From contig OZ219790.1 of assembly GCA_964291215.2 (NCBI GenBank), positions 1,504,001 through 1,568,000 on the forward strand: DNA of 64,000 bases. Direction: 5' to 3'. Of the stretch, positions 43,651 through 54,153 are shown piece by piece. The notes under the pieces were generated by a model that made no database searches, was not told where the DNA came from, and was given only the letters and a program-made list of their open reading frames with translations. The stretch comes from Alphaproteobacteria bacterium. GTDB taxonomy: Bacteria > Pseudomonadota > Alphaproteobacteria > MPNO01 > UBA830. Positions within the stretch are counted from its first letter, which is position 1; each line of letters begins with the position of its first letter. Position numbers and translations under genes: made by a program.

Positions 43651-45951
43651 ATGGCGACGATACTTGAGGATAGCAGGTTCGATCCCGACCGGGAACTCGC
43701 AATCGTCGGCACCAACCCGGTCAAGCATGACGGGCTGGAAAAAGTCACCGGGCGCGCCCGTTTCGGCGCCGATTTCTCGCTGCCGGGCATGCTGTTCGGG
43801 CGCATCGTCAGAAGTCCGCACGCGCACGCCGTCATCCGCTCGATCGACGTCAGCAAGGCCGCCGCCGTGCCCGGCGTGAAGGCGATCGTCACCGGCAACG
43901 ACTTCCCCGACATCCCCGCCGGCAGCCCCGCCGGCGACATGACCAGGAACGCGATGGCGCGCGAGAAAGCGCTCTATGACGGCCATCCGGTCGCCGCCGT
44001 GGCCGCGACCAGCGAGGCGGTCGCGAAACGCGCCGCGCGGCTCATCGAGGTCGAGTACGACATCCTTCCCCACGTGATCGATCCGGTCGAGGCGATGAAG
44101 CCGGACGCGCCGATCCTCCATGACCACCTGCGCACCAAGGGGCTCGAGACCGAGGACGACCGGCCGACCAATGTCGTCGAGCGCATGGTGACCGCTATCG
44201 GCGATGTCGAGGCCGGATTCGACGCCGCCGACGTAATCGTCGAGCGGGAGTTCGATACGCGGCCGATGCATCAGGGCTACATCGAGCCCCAGGCCTGCAT
44301 CGCGGATCATTCGGATGACGGCCAGGTCTATCTGTGGTGCTGCACCCAGGCGCCGTTCGTCTATCGCGACCGTCTGTCGGCGATCCTCAGGATCGACGCC
44401 GCCAAGATCAACGTTCAGCAGTCCGAACTCGGCGGCGGCTTTGGCGGCAAGACCGGCTTCTATGCTGAGCCCATCGCGGTGCTGCTGTCGCAGAAGGCGT
44501 CGCGCCCGGTCAAGGTCGTGATGACGCGCAACGAGGTCTTCCGCGGCACCGGCCCGGTCTCGGGCACCAGTTATTCGATCAGGATGGGCGTGACCAGGGA
44601 CGGGCGCATCACCGCTGCCCAGGGCCGCCTGATCTTCCAGACCGGCGCGTTCACCGGTTCGATGTACTTCAACGCGCCGAACGCGATGTTCACCCGCTAC
44701 GATCTCGAGAACGTTCACATCGAATCGTTCGAGGTCGTGTCCAACCGGCCCAAGGTCAATTCCTTCCGGGCGCCGTGCGTGCCGCAGATCGTCTTCGGCG
44801 TCGAGGGGGTGATCGACGAGCTTGCGCGGAAGATCGGCATGGACCCGATAGACCTCCGCCTCAGGAATGCCGCCACCGAAGGCTACACGACCGTCTATGG
44901 CGAGACCTTCGGGCCGATCGGTTTCGTCGAGACACTTGAGGCCGCGAAGAAGTGCGACCACTACAACGCACCGCTGCCCGAGGGGCAGGGGCGCGGGGTC
45001 GCTGCCGGCTTCTGGTTCAATCGCGGCGGCGAAACGTCGACCTCCCTCAACATCGCCCCCGACGGCACGGTGACCATCATCACCGGCACGGCGGATGTTG
45101 CTGGTTCGCGCATCTCGATCGCGATGATGGCAGCCGAGGAACTCGGCATCGATGTCGACAAGGTGCGGATCACCATGGCCGACACCAACTCCCTCGGCTT
45201 CAACCGCGTCACCGCCGGGAGCCGGACCACCTATTCGGTTGGCATGACGGTGGTCGACAACGCCCGCGAATGCATCGGCGAGCTGTGCCGCCGCGCCGCC
45301 CAGATTTGGGACGTGCCGGAGGACGCGGTCGTCTATGAGAACGGCCAATGCCGTCCGGCGAGCCAGAATGTCGGCGAGTTCGACCCGCTGAGCATCGCCG
45401 ACATCACGAAACAGACGACGATGTCGCACGGCGCGATCACGGCGAGCACATCGATGAATGTCACCGGTGCCGGCCCCGGCTTCGGGCTCCACATCGTCGA
45501 CGTCAAGGTCGACAAGGAGACAGGTAGAGCGGACGTCACCCGCTATACGGTGGTCGAGGACGCGGGCAAGGCGATCCACCCCCTTCAGGTCGAGGGCCAG
45601 TACCAGGGCGGCGCCGTGCAAGGCATCGGCTGGGCGCTGAACGAGGAGTATGTCTACGGCGAAGACGGCTGCCTGCAGAACGCGAGTTTTCTCGACTACC
45701 GAATGCCGGTCACGTCCGACGTGCCGATGATCGACACGGTCATCGTCGAGGTCCCGAACCCCAGGCATCCATTCGGGCTGCGCGGCGTCGGCGAAGTGCC
45801 GGTCGTGCCGACCATGGCCGCCATCGGCAACGCGATCGGCGATACCATCGGGATCCGCCCGCAGTCACTGCCGATGTCGCCGCCGAAGCTGCTCGATCTG
45901 ATCGAGACGGCCAAAACCGAGCCCGACCCGGCCTACGCGCGGGGCGCGTAG
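43651..45951 (+). CDS. Molybdopterin-binding subunit, xanthine dehydrogenase family
   Basis: DG.EKVTGRA, HQGYIEP, GGGFGGK, active-site SFRAPCVPQ, GSRTT, RGVGE. Confidence 0.93.
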   Translation: MATILEDSRFDPDRELAIVGTNPVKHDGLEKVTGRARFGADFSLPGMLFGRIVRSPHAHAVIRSIDVSKAAAVPGVKAIVTGNDFPDIPAGSPAGDMTRNAMAREKALYDGHPVAAVAATSEAVAKRAARLIEVEYDILPHVIDPVEAMKPDAPILHDHLRTKGLETEDDRPTNVVERMVTAIGDVEAGFDAADVIVEREFDTRPMHQGYIEPQACIADHSDDGQVYLWCCTQAPFVYRDRLSAILRIDAAKINVQQSELGGGFGGKTGFYAEPIAVLLSQKASRPVKVVMTRNEVFRGTGPVSGTSYSIRMGVTRDGRITAAQGRLIFQTGAFTGSMYFNAPNAMFTRYDLENVHIESFEVVSNRPKVNSFRAPCVPQIVFGVEGVIDELARKIGMDPIDLRLRNAATEGYTTVYGETFGPIGFVETLEAAKKCDHYNAPLPEGQGRGVAAGFWFNRGGETSTSLNIAPDGTVTIITGTADVAGSRISIAMMAAEELGIDVDKVRITMADTNSLGFNRVTAGSRTTYSVGMTVVDNARECIGELCRRAAQIWDVPEDAVVYENGQCRPASQNVGEFDPLSIADITKQTTMSHGAITASTSMNVTGAGPGFGLHIVDVKVDKETGRADVTRYTVVEDAGKAIHPLQVEGQYQGGAVQGIGWALNEEYVYGEDGCLQNASFLDYRMPVTSDVPMIDTVIVEVPNPRHPFGLRGVGEVPVVPTMAAIGNAIGDTIGIRPQSLPMSPPKLLDLIETAKTEPDPAYARGA

Positions 45952-45963
45952 GCGGCGGCCACA

Positions 45964-45990
45964 CGAGGGGCGGCTGTGCGCCGCCCTTCG
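45964..45990. terminator. GC-rich hairpin between convergent genes
   Basis: CGAGGGGCGGC-TGTGC-GCCGCCCTTCG; no U-tract. Confidence 0.45.
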
Positions 45991-45997
45991 GTAGCGG

Positions 45998-46699
45998 CTA
46001 TTCGGCGGCTGCCCTCTGCGCCGTGCCGAAGAGCGACGCGATGTGGAAGCCGCGTCGCGCCAGGTTGGCGTGGAACTCGTCGACAAAATTGGACGGAACG
46101 GCGCCTGTCACGATGTCGTTCGACAGGAGCGCCTCGGCCCACGCCCGAACGGCGGGAAACCCGTCGAGCAGGTTTGTCCGAAGATAGCCGTCGGCGATCG
46201 CGAAGCGCTGCAGGAACGGGGCGTAGGCGGCGTCGACCAGGCACAGTTCCGGTCCGTTGAAATACGGTCCGTCATTGCCGCGCTCGATCGTAATCGCGTC
46301 CTCGAGACGCTGCAGCGCCGTCCTCGCGCCCGCGAGCCCGTCGTCGGTCTCGGCCACGGTCTTCGTATAGTAGACGCCGGACAGCGCCTTCGAGAACGCC
46401 GGCACGAAATCCGTCCATGCGCGGTTGCGGGCGCGCTTGACCGCGTCTTCCGGATGCAGCCTCGGCGGCACGGTCTCGTCGATGAACTCGGCGATGGCGT
46501 TGGATTCGAAGAGGATGTCGGAGCCGACCTTGAGCACCGGTACCTTGCCGTGCGGCGAGATCTCGAGGAACCAGTCCGGCTTGTCGCGCAGGTTGATGTA
46601 GGTGACCTCGAACTTGACGTCCTTTGCGCGCATTGCAATCACGGCGCGCTGAACCCAGGGTCACGTGAAGGAGCTGATCATGTGGTACTTGACGGTCAT
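45998..46699 (-). CDS. Omega/Xi-like glutathione S-transferase with in-frame UGA at the catalytic Cys position (probable selenoprotein)
   Basis: RBS GGAG and ATG at 46699: MTVKYHMISSFT-TGA-PWVQRAVIAMRAK...KPDWFLEISPHGKVPVL..LFESNAI; TGA at 46663-46661 is codon 13. Confidence 0.85.
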
Positions 46700-46746
46700 G
46701 TTCTTTTCTCCGTTGCCGGCTTCGCATTCGCCGGACGGCGCGGCCC

Positions 46747-46971
46747 TCACAGGGAGCCGGCCGAAGGCAGGTCTTCCTCGAGAATCGAGACGGTGAGCGC
46801 GTAGGATTTCTCCCCGTCCTCCTCGTCGCTGTAGAGCGTTCCGATGAACTCTTCACCCACATGGACCTCCACGGGCGCGTCGGCCCGGCCCGACATCATG
46901 ATCCTGATGCGGTTGTTCGAGAATGTCTGGCGCAGGTACTGCTGGACGCGGCTGATCTCGTTGGGTGTCAT
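46747..46971 (-). CDS. DUF3126-family small protein
   Basis: 74 aa: EI.RVQ.YLR..F.N, EV..GEEFIG.LY.DEEDGE.SY...SILEEDL. Confidence 0.85.
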   Translation of the reverse strand: MTPNEISRVQQYLRQTFSNNRIRIMMSGRADAPVEVHVGEEFIGTLYSDEEDGEKSYALTVSILEEDLPSAGSL

Positions 46972-47241
46972 GGCATGCTCCGGGACGGGAAAGCAGACGA
47001 ACGCTGTTTCGCTTCATGTGCGTCGTTACAGGGTCGGGGTCCCGATTGCAACCCGACGGGAGGGCAGCGAGGGCCTTCGGCCGCCTCCCTTCGCCCCCCA
47101 CCCGGCGGCTCCTGTCGGGCCGGCTGGGAGTCTCTGGCCGATTCGCCGCCGCGGGCGGGCGCGGATCGGCGGGAGGTCGGCGGTGCGGCGGCAGGCGCAT
47201 TACTCTAGACTGTCGGTATCAAACCACTCCCGCCGGTGAAC

Positions 47242-47997
47242 ATGCGAACCCTGACGATGATAGCGCCGGACACCGTTCCGGAAATCCGCGCCGGCGACGA
47301 CCTCGCCGCCGTTCTCCTGGCCTCGCTCGGCGACGCCGGGGAGCGGCCGGCCGATGGCGACATTGTCGTCGTTGCCCAGAAGATCGTCTCCAAGGCCGAG
47401 GGCCGCGCGATTCGCCTCGACCGGGTCGCGGCGCGCCCCGAGGCCGTGCGCCTTGCCGCGGAGACCGGCAAGGAACCGGCGATGGTCGAACTGATCCTGC
47501 GCGAATCGACGGAAATCGTCAGGGTGCGCCCCGGGCTGATCGTCGCCCGCCACCGCAACGGCTGCGTCGTCGCCAATGCTGGCATCGACCGCTCCAACGC
47601 GGGGACCGCCGATGCCGCCATCCTCCTGCCCGAGAACGCCGACCGGAGCGCCGCGCGCCTGCGCGCGCGCATCGTCGAGCGGACGGGGTGCGATGTTGGG
47701 GTCGTGATCAACGACAGCATGGGGCGCGCATGGCGTTCCGGCACGGTCGGCACTGCGATCGGCGCGGCCGGCGTGGACGCGCTGCATGACGCACGTGGCG
47801 GCCCCGACCGCGACGGCAGGATTCTCGAATCGAGCGTCATCGCGCTTGCCGACGAAATCGCCGCGGCGGCCTCGCTGATGATGGGACAGGGGCGGGAAGG
47901 GTTGCCGTTCGCGCTCGTCAGGGGATGCGGCTGGGCGGCCGGAGCCGGCCGCGCGGCGGATCTCGTGCGCTCCCGCGACCTCGACCTCTTCAGATAG
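47242..47997 (+). CDS. cofE: Coenzyme F420-0:L-glutamate ligase
   Basis: PEI..GDDL, DGDIVVVAQKIVSKAEGR, ANAGIDRSN, INDSMGRAWR.G, ADEIAAAASL.MGQ..EG.P, DLFR. Confidence 0.93.
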   Translation: MRTLTMIAPDTVPEIRAGDDLAAVLLASLGDAGERPADGDIVVVAQKIVSKAEGRAIRLDRVAARPEAVRLAAETGKEPAMVELILRESTEIVRVRPGLIVARHRNGCVVANAGIDRSNAGTADAAILLPENADRSAARLRARIVERTGCDVGVVINDSMGRAWRSGTVGTAIGAAGVDALHDARGGPDRDGRILESSVIALADEIAAAASLMMGQGREGLPFALVRGCGWAAGAGRAADLVRSRDLDLFR

Positions 47998-48004
47998 CCC
48001 CGGG

Positions 48005-48946
48005 ATGCATGTCGCATTCGCAGGCGGCGTGGGCGGCGCCAGGCTGGCGGTGGGCCTCGCGGCTGAGTTCGCTCCCGATGAGCTCCTGATCGTGGTAAAC
48101 ACGGGTGACGACTTCACCCATCTTGGCCTCCGCATCTGCCCCGATCTCGACACTGTCATGTACACGCTGGCCGGCATAGCCAACCCGGAGACGGGGTGGG
48201 GAATTCGTGGCGACACCTGGACGTTCATGGACGAGGTCGCGGCGAAAGAGGGAGAGACATGGTTCCGCATCGGCGACCGCGATCTTGAAACCCACCGCAT
48301 GCGAACCGCAGCGCTCGCGGCAGGGCGGCCGCTTTCGACCGCGACGGCGGAACTTGCCGCCCGGCTCGGCGTCGGCCACCGGATCGTTCCCGTAAGCGAC
48401 GACGAGATGTCGACGATCGTCGTCACCGCCACCGGGCGGATGCCGTTCCAGGAGTACTTCGTGCGCCGGCAGTGCCGGCCCGAAGTTGCCGGATTCGAGT
48501 TCGCCGGCGCCGCGGACGCGGGCCCGTCCCCGGCGGTCGCCGGCGCGTTCGACGGCGGCTATGTGCAGTCGGTGGTGTTCTGCCCATCGAACCCGTTCGT
48601 CAGCATCGACCCGATTCTCGCCGTGCCGGCGATCCGCCGGTTCCTCAAGCAGAGGTCGTTTCCCGTCGTCGCCGTGTCGCCGATCGTCGGCGGACGGGCG
48701 CTCAAGGGTCCGGCAGCCAAGATGATGCGCGAGCTGGGGCTGCCGGCAACGGCGTCTGCGGTCGCCGGGCACTATCGCGGCCTCGTCGACGCCATGGTCG
48801 TCGACGAGGCCGACCGTGGCGAGGCGGACGGCATCCGCCAGCTCGGACAGGAGGTGCTGGTGACCGGGACCGTGATGCGCTCCGCCGCCGACCGCTGTCG
48901 GCTCGCCGCAGAGGTGATCGCCTTCGCCGGGAGGCTGCAACCGTGA
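48005..48946 (+). CDS. cofD: 2-phospho-L-lactate transferase CofD/FbiA
   Basis: AGGVGGARL, VNTGDDF.HLGL.ICPDLDT.MYTLAG, WF.IGDRDL.TH, FQEYFV, PSNPFVSI.PIL, KGPAAKMM. Confidence 0.95.
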   Translation: MHVAFAGGVGGARLAVGLAAEFAPDELLIVVNTGDDFTHLGLRICPDLDTVMYTLAGIANPETGWGIRGDTWTFMDEVAAKEGETWFRIGDRDLETHRMRTAALAAGRPLSTATAELAARLGVGHRIVPVSDDEMSTIVVTATGRMPFQEYFVRRQCRPEVAGFEFAGAADAGPSPAVAGAFDGGYVQSVVFCPSNPFVSIDPILAVPAIRRFLKQRSFPVVAVSPIVGGRALKGPAAKMMRELGLPATASAVAGHYRGLVDAMVVDEADRGEADGIRQLGQEVLVTGTVMRSAADRCRLAAEVIAFAGRLQP

Positions 48947-49542
48947 TCGACGCCAATGTCATCATCCCGATCAAGGGTTTCGACACCGGAAAGTCGCGGC
49001 TCGCGGCGGCGCTGACCGACGAGGAGAGGACGACGCTCGTGAGAAACCTCGTGAAGCGCACGATCGGCTGCGCCGTCGCCGTTGTCGGACCCGACGCGAC
49101 CTATCTGCTGAGCCCGGACGCCGAAGTCGTCGCGGCCGCCGGCAAGAGCGGCATTCGGGGCCTGCTGCAGAACGGCAGCGGCCTCAATGACGGCCTCAAC
49201 GAGCTGCGGCGGCGGCTGCAACCGGTCAGAACGGTCATCGTCCCCGCCGACATTCCCCACCTCGACGCCAGGGACATCCGTGCCCATGCCCTGGTCCACG
49301 GCGTCGGCATATCGCCCGACCGCGAGAAGATGGGCACCAACGTGCTCAGCGTACCGCGGCCCGGTGCCATGCGGTTCCGGTTCGGCTATGACAGCTTCTA
49401 CGAGCATCACCGCGCGGCGCGGCGCGCAGGTCTCGCGGTGACCGTGATCGATTTGCCGAGGCTGCGCCTCGACCTCGACAGGCCCCGGGACCTGCGGCGC
49501 CTCCGGGCGCAACTCGCCGGGATGAAGCGGCAGGCGACATGA
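48943..49542 (+). CDS. cofC: Phospholactate/PEP guanylyltransferase CofC/FbiD
   Basis: GTG start overlapping cofD stop; IIPIK.F..GKSRL...L...ER, GLN.GL, PADIP, PDR...GTN, F.FG.DSF..H, DLD.P.DL. Confidence 0.9.
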   Translation: MIDANVIIPIKGFDTGKSRLAAALTDEERTTLVRNLVKRTIGCAVAVVGPDATYLLSPDAEVVAAAGKSGIRGLLQNGSGLNDGLNELRRRLQPVRTVIVPADIPHLDARDIRAHALVHGVGISPDREKMGTNVLSVPRPGAMRFRFGYDSFYEHHRAARRAGLAVTVIDLPRLRLDLDRPRDLRRLRAQLAGMKRQAT

Positions 49543-49649
49543 CCACGATTCGGGCCCCGAGGGGGCTGTAGCCGCCAGCCCGGTGCGGCGCGGTCCGGAG
49601 GCCCTGTACGACAGCTTTCCGGACGGCGTCCGGCAAAGGGAGATGTGCG

Positions 49650-52600
49650 TTGAGTGATGACAAACAGACAGACGGCGGCGGGTGGCAGTTCTGGGTCGAC
49701 CGCGGCGGCACCTTCACGGATTTCGTGATCCGGGCTCCCGACGGAACGCTCTCGACGGCGAAGCTGCTGTCGGAGAATCCCGGACGGTACGCTGACGCTG
49801 CGCTGCAGGGCATCCGCGACACGCTCGATGTGGCCGCGGACCAGCCGCTACCCGCCGATCTCGTCGCCGCGGTCAAGATGGGCACGACCGTGGCAACCAA
49901 TGCGCTTCTCGAGCGCAAGGGCGAACGAACCGTCCTCGCGGTGACCCGCGGGTTCGCCGACCAGCTCCGCATCGGCTACCAGAACCGGCCCGATATCTTT
50001 GCGCGGCGCATCGAGCTTCCCGAGCTCCTTTATGAGAGGATTGTCGAGATCGACGAGCGCTACGGCGCCGACGGCGACGAGCTCCGCGCGGTCGACGCGG
50101 AAGGTGCGCGAACAGAGTTGCAGGCCGCTTTCGACGACGGTATCCGCTCGGTCGCCATCGTCTTCATGCACGGCTACCGTTACCACGGCCACGAGAAGGC
50201 GGTCGCGGCGATCGCGCGCGATATCGGCTTTTCCCAGATCTCGGTGTCCCATGAGGTCAGTCCGCTCATGAAGTTCGTCGGCCGCGGCGACACCACCGTG
50301 GTCGACGCCTATGTCTCGCCCATCCTGAGGCGCTATGTCGACATGGTGGCGGGCGAGATCGGCGGCAACGCACGGCTGATGTTCATGCAGTCGAACGGCG
50401 GCCTTGCCGACGCGCATGTCTTTCAGGGCAAGGACTCGATCCTGTCGGGCCCGGCCGGCGGCATCGTCGGCGCCGCGCGGACGGCGCGGATGGCTGGTTT
50501 CGACAGGATCGTCAGCTTCGACATGGGCGGCACCTCGACCGATGTCGCGCACTTCGCCGGCGAGTACGAGCGCACGTTCGACACGCTGGTCGCCGGCGTC
50601 CGCATGCGGGCGCCGATGATGGACATCCACACCGTCGCCGCCGGCGGCGGCTCGATCGTGCATTTCGACGGCGCGCGCTACCGCGTCGGTCCCGAATCGG
50701 CCGGCGCGGATCCGGGGCCGGCCTGTTACCGCCGAGGCGGACCGCTCTGCGTGACCGACGCCAACGTCTTCCTCGGCCGCATCCAGCCCGCCTTCTTCCC
50801 CAACGTGTTCGGCCCGAGCGGCGACGAGCCACTCGACGCCCGGATCGTGCGCGAAAAGTTCGAGGCGCTGGCAGCGCACATCACGGATGCGACCGGCGAC
50901 GACCGCACGCCGGCCGAGGTCGCCGCCGGCTTTCTCGAGATCGCGGTCGACAACATGGCCAACGCGATCAAGCAGATCTCCGTGCAGCGCGGCTACGACG
51001 TCACCGAGTACACGCTCAACTGCTTCGGCGGCGCTGGCGGGCAGCATGCCTGCCTCGTCGCCGACGCGCTCGGCATGACCAGCATCCTCATCCATCCCTT
51101 CGCCGGAGTGCTGTCGGCCTACGGCATGGGGCTCGCCGATCACCGGCTGATCCGCGAGCGCGCGGTGGAGCAGGCGCTCGACGCCGCGCTCGAGGAAGAC
51201 CTCGCGGCGATCGCCCGGGAGCTCGCTGCCGCAGGCACGGCAGAGATGGCGGGCCAGGGTGTCGATCCTTCGCGCATCGAAGCCGGCGCACAGGTGCATC
51301 TCCGCTACGAGGGTACGGACACGGCGCTGGTCGTCGATCTCGATTCCGGCGACCGCATGAGGGCCGCGTTCGAGGCCGCCCACATGCAGCAGTTCGGTTT
51401 CGTGAGCCCGGAGAAGGCCCATATCGTCGAGGCGCTGACCGTCGAGATCGTCGGCGGCGGCGAAGCTGCGGACGAGGAGCTCTCGGCTGTCGACGCGGAT
51501 GCGGTTCCCGAGCCGCTCGACCATGCCCGCATGTTCTGCGGCGCCGGCCCCCGCGAGGTTCCGGTGTTCGACCGTAAGGCGCTGGTGCCGGGCGCCGCCG
51601 CCGATGGCCCCGCCATCATCGTCGACGCCAACGCCACGACCGTGGTCGAGGAGGGATGGCAAGCCGAGATCACCGCCCGCAACCATCTCGTCATGCGCCG
51701 CGTCGTGCCGCGTCCGGCGGCGCAGGCGGCGTCGGGCACGGCGAGCGATCCGGTGATGCTCGAGGTATTCAACAACCTGTTCATGTCGCTCGCCGAGCAG
51801 ATGGGCGTGGTGCTCCGCAACACCTCGTACTCGGTCAACATCAAGGAGCGGCTCGACTTTTCCTGCGCGATCTTCGACGACCGCGGCGATCTCGTCGCCA
51901 ACGCGCCGCACATCCCGGTGCATCTCGGCTCGATGAGCGAAAGCGTGAAGACGATCATTCGCCAGCGCGGCGACACCGTCCGGCGGGGCGACGTGTTCGC
52001 TCTCAACGCGCCCTACAACGGCGGCACCCATCTTCCCGACGTAACGGTGATGACGCCGGTCTTCGACGAGCACGCGGACCGCATACTGTTCTATGTCGCG
52101 TCGCGCGGGCACCATGCCGAGATCGGCGGCAAGACACCGGGCTCGATGCCGCCGGACTCGCGGCACATCGACGAGGAAGGGGTCCTGATCGACAATTTCC
52201 ACCTCGTCGATGGCGGCCGGCTGCGGGAGAAGGAGCTCGAGGCGCTGTTCCTCGGCGCACCGTGGCCGACGCGCAACTTCCACCACAATCTCGGCGACCT
52301 CAAGGCGCAGATCGCGGCCAACGAGAAGGGCGTGCGCGAACTCCGCAACATGGTCTCCCATTTCGGGCTCGACATGGTTTTCGCCTATATGGACCATGTC
52401 CAGGACAACGCCGAGGCGTGCGTACGCGCCGTCATCGACCGGCTCTCGGACGGAAGCTTCGAATACGAGATGGATTTCGGGGCGCGAATAAGGGTGACGA
52501 TCACGGTCCATCCGGAAACGCGGTCGGCGACCATTGACTTCACCGGAACCTCGCCGCAGCAGGACAACAACTTCAACATCACCCACGCGGTTGCCGTCGC

Positions 52601-53282
52601 CGCGGTCCTCTACAGCTTCCGCCTGCTCGTCGATTCGGACATCCCGCTCAACGCCGGATGCCTCAAGCCGCTCGAGATCATCGTGCCCGAGGACTGCATG
52701 CTGCGGCCATCCTATCCGGCTGCCGTCGTTGCTGGCAACGTCGAAACCTCGCAGGCCATCACCGACGCCATTCTCGGAGCGCTCGGCCTGATGGGCGCGT
52801 CGCAGGGCACGATGAACAACTTCACCTTCGGCAACGCCGGCTGCCAGTACTACGAGACCATCTGCGGCGGCAGCGGAGCGGGCGCGAACTTCGACGGCGC
52901 CGATGCCGTGCACACCCACATGACCAATACCCGCCTCACCGATCCCGAAATCCTCGAGTGGCGCTTTCCGGTAATCCTCGAGTCGTTCAAGATCCGCCGC
53001 GGCTCGGGCGGAGACGGCGCCCATCGCGGCGGCAACGGCGTCGTCCGCCGCGTCCGTTTCAGGGAGGCAATGACGGCGTCCATCCTTTCGGGGCACCGGC
53101 GCATCCCGCCCTACGGCATGAAGGGCGGCGAACCCGGACGCACGGGGCGCAACTATGTCGAGCGCGCCGACGGCTCGGTCACCGAACAGGGCGGCACCGA
53201 TTCGACCGAGGTCGGCCCCGGCGATGTCTACGTCATCGAAACACCGGGCGGCGGCGGTTACGGCGTGGCGCCGGAGCGGTGA
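49650..53282 (+). CDS. 5-oxoprolinase (ATP-hydrolysing), fused hydantoinase A/B
   Basis: [86 protein letters not shown]; 1210 aa. Confidence 0.95.
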   Translation: MSDDKQTDGGGWQFWVDRGGTFTDFVIRAPDGTLSTAKLLSENPGRYADAALQGIRDTLDVAADQPLPADLVAAVKMGTTVATNALLERKGERTVLAVTRGFADQLRIGYQNRPDIFARRIELPELLYERIVEIDERYGADGDELRAVDAEGARTELQAAFDDGIRSVAIVFMHGYRYHGHEKAVAAIARDIGFSQISVSHEVSPLMKFVGRGDTTVVDAYVSPILRRYVDMVAGEIGGNARLMFMQSNGGLADAHVFQGKDSILSGPAGGIVGAARTARMAGFDRIVSFDMGGTSTDVAHFAGEYERTFDTLVAGVRMRAPMMDIHTVAAGGGSIVHFDGARYRVGPESAGADPGPACYRRGGPLCVTDANVFLGRIQPAFFPNVFGPSGDEPLDARIVREKFEALAAHITDATGDDRTPAEVAAGFLEIAVDNMANAIKQISVQRGYDVTEYTLNCFGGAGGQHACLVADALGMTSILIHPFAGVLSAYGMGLADHRLIRERAVEQALDAALEEDLAAIARELAAAGTAEMAGQGVDPSRIEAGAQVHLRYEGTDTALVVDLDSGDRMRAAFEAAHMQQFGFVSPEKAHIVEALTVEIVGGGEAADEELSAVDADAVPEPLDHARMFCGAGPREVPVFDRKALVPGAAADGPAIIVDANATTVVEEGWQAEITARNHLVMRRVVPRPAAQAASGTASDPVMLEVFNNLFMSLAEQMGVVLRNTSYSVNIKERLDFSCAIFDDRGDLVANAPHIPVHLGSMSESVKTIIRQRGDTVRRGDVFALNAPYNGGTHLPDVTVMTPVFDEHADRILFYVASRGHHAEIGGKTPGSMPPDSRHIDEEGVLIDNFHLVDGGRLREKELEALFLGAPWPTRNFHHNLGDLKAQIAANEKGVRELRNMVSHFGLDMVFAYMDHVQDNAEACVRAVIDRLSDGSFEYEMDFGARIRVTITVHPETRSATIDFTGTSPQQDNNFNITHAVAVAAVLYSFRLLVDSDIPLNAGCLKPLEIIVPEDCMLRPSYPAAVVAGNVETSQAITDAILGALGLMGASQGTMNNFTFGNAGCQYYETICGGSGAGANFDGADAVHTHMTNTRLTDPEILEWRFPVILESFKIRRGSGGDGAHRGGNGVVRRVRFREAMTASILSGHRRIPPYGMKGGEPGRTGRNYVERADGSVTEQGGTDSTEVGPGDVYVIETPGGGGYGVAPER

Positions 53283-53350
53283 GCGGGCTATGATGCCGCG
53301 CTTGTGGCCGGCTCCGGCGGCCTGACCGGACCGGCGCCCGGAGCAACGCC

Positions 53351-54130
53351 ATGGATTTCTTCCGAACGCCAGCGGAGTTGAGGGCGGCGTGCCGCTCGGG
53401 CGCCTATGACGGACCGACATCTGGCCATGCGCGGGGCTTCGTGCAGGCCAACATGGTGATTCTGCCGGCCGCCGACGCAGCCGACTTCACCGAGTTCTGC
53501 CGGCACAATCCGAAGCCGTGCCCGGTCCTTGAGATCCTCGGGGCCGGCGACCCCGAACCGAAATCCTCGGCTCCGGGCGCCGATGTGCGCTCCGACTTGC
53601 CGCGCTACCGACTCTTCAGGAACGGCGAGCCGGCCGGCGAGGCGACCGATGTCTCGGACTTCTGGCGCGATGACCTGGTGACCTTCCTCCTCGGCTGCTC
53701 GTTCACCGCCGAGGAGGCGCTGATCGCGGCCGGGCTCGAGCCGCGCCACATTGCCGAGACCGGCATCGTACCGATGTACAGGACGACGTGGGCGGCAGTG
53801 ACGGCCGGCCGGTTCCGCGGGCCGGTCGTGGTCAGCATGCGCCCCTACACGCCCGCGGACGCGCGCCGCGCTGCCGAGATCACGGAACGCTACCCGATGG
53901 CCCATGGCGGGCCGCTGCAGATCGGCAATCCCGACGCGCTCGGCATTGCCAACATCGATGCGCCCGAATATGGTGCTCCGGTCGCCATCCGCGACGGCGA
54001 GCTGCCGGTCTTCTGGGCCTGCGGGGTGACCCCCCAGGCCGCGCTTTTGAACGCACGCCCGGAGATCGCGATCACCCACGCGCCCGGGCACATGTTCGTT
54101 TCGGACCTGGCGGCGAGCGACGGGCCCTAG
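53351..54130 (+). CDS. DUF1445 putative hydro-lyase / D-glutamate cyclase-like
   Basis: GFVQAN, FC..NPKPCP, FLLGCSF, VVSMRP, HGGP, PVFWACGVTPQ, ITHAPGHM. Confidence 0.92.
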   Translation: MDFFRTPAELRAACRSGAYDGPTSGHARGFVQANMVILPAADAADFTEFCRHNPKPCPVLEILGAGDPEPKSSAPGADVRSDLPRYRLFRNGEPAGEATDVSDFWRDDLVTFLLGCSFTAEEALIAAGLEPRHIAETGIVPMYRTTWAAVTAGRFRGPVVVSMRPYTPADARRAAEITERYPMAHGGPLQIGNPDALGIANIDAPEYGAPVAIRDGELPVFWACGVTPQAALLNARPEIAITHAPGHMFVSDLAASDGP

Positions 54131-54153
54131 AAGCGGACCGGGGGAGGACTGTC

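Noticed and set aside
49848-53420. Long antisense or overlapping ORFs (1190 aa here; also 637-2019, 19202-21250, 30144-32000, 43222-45768)
   Set aside because: Shadow frames of real high-GC genes with no motifs of their own
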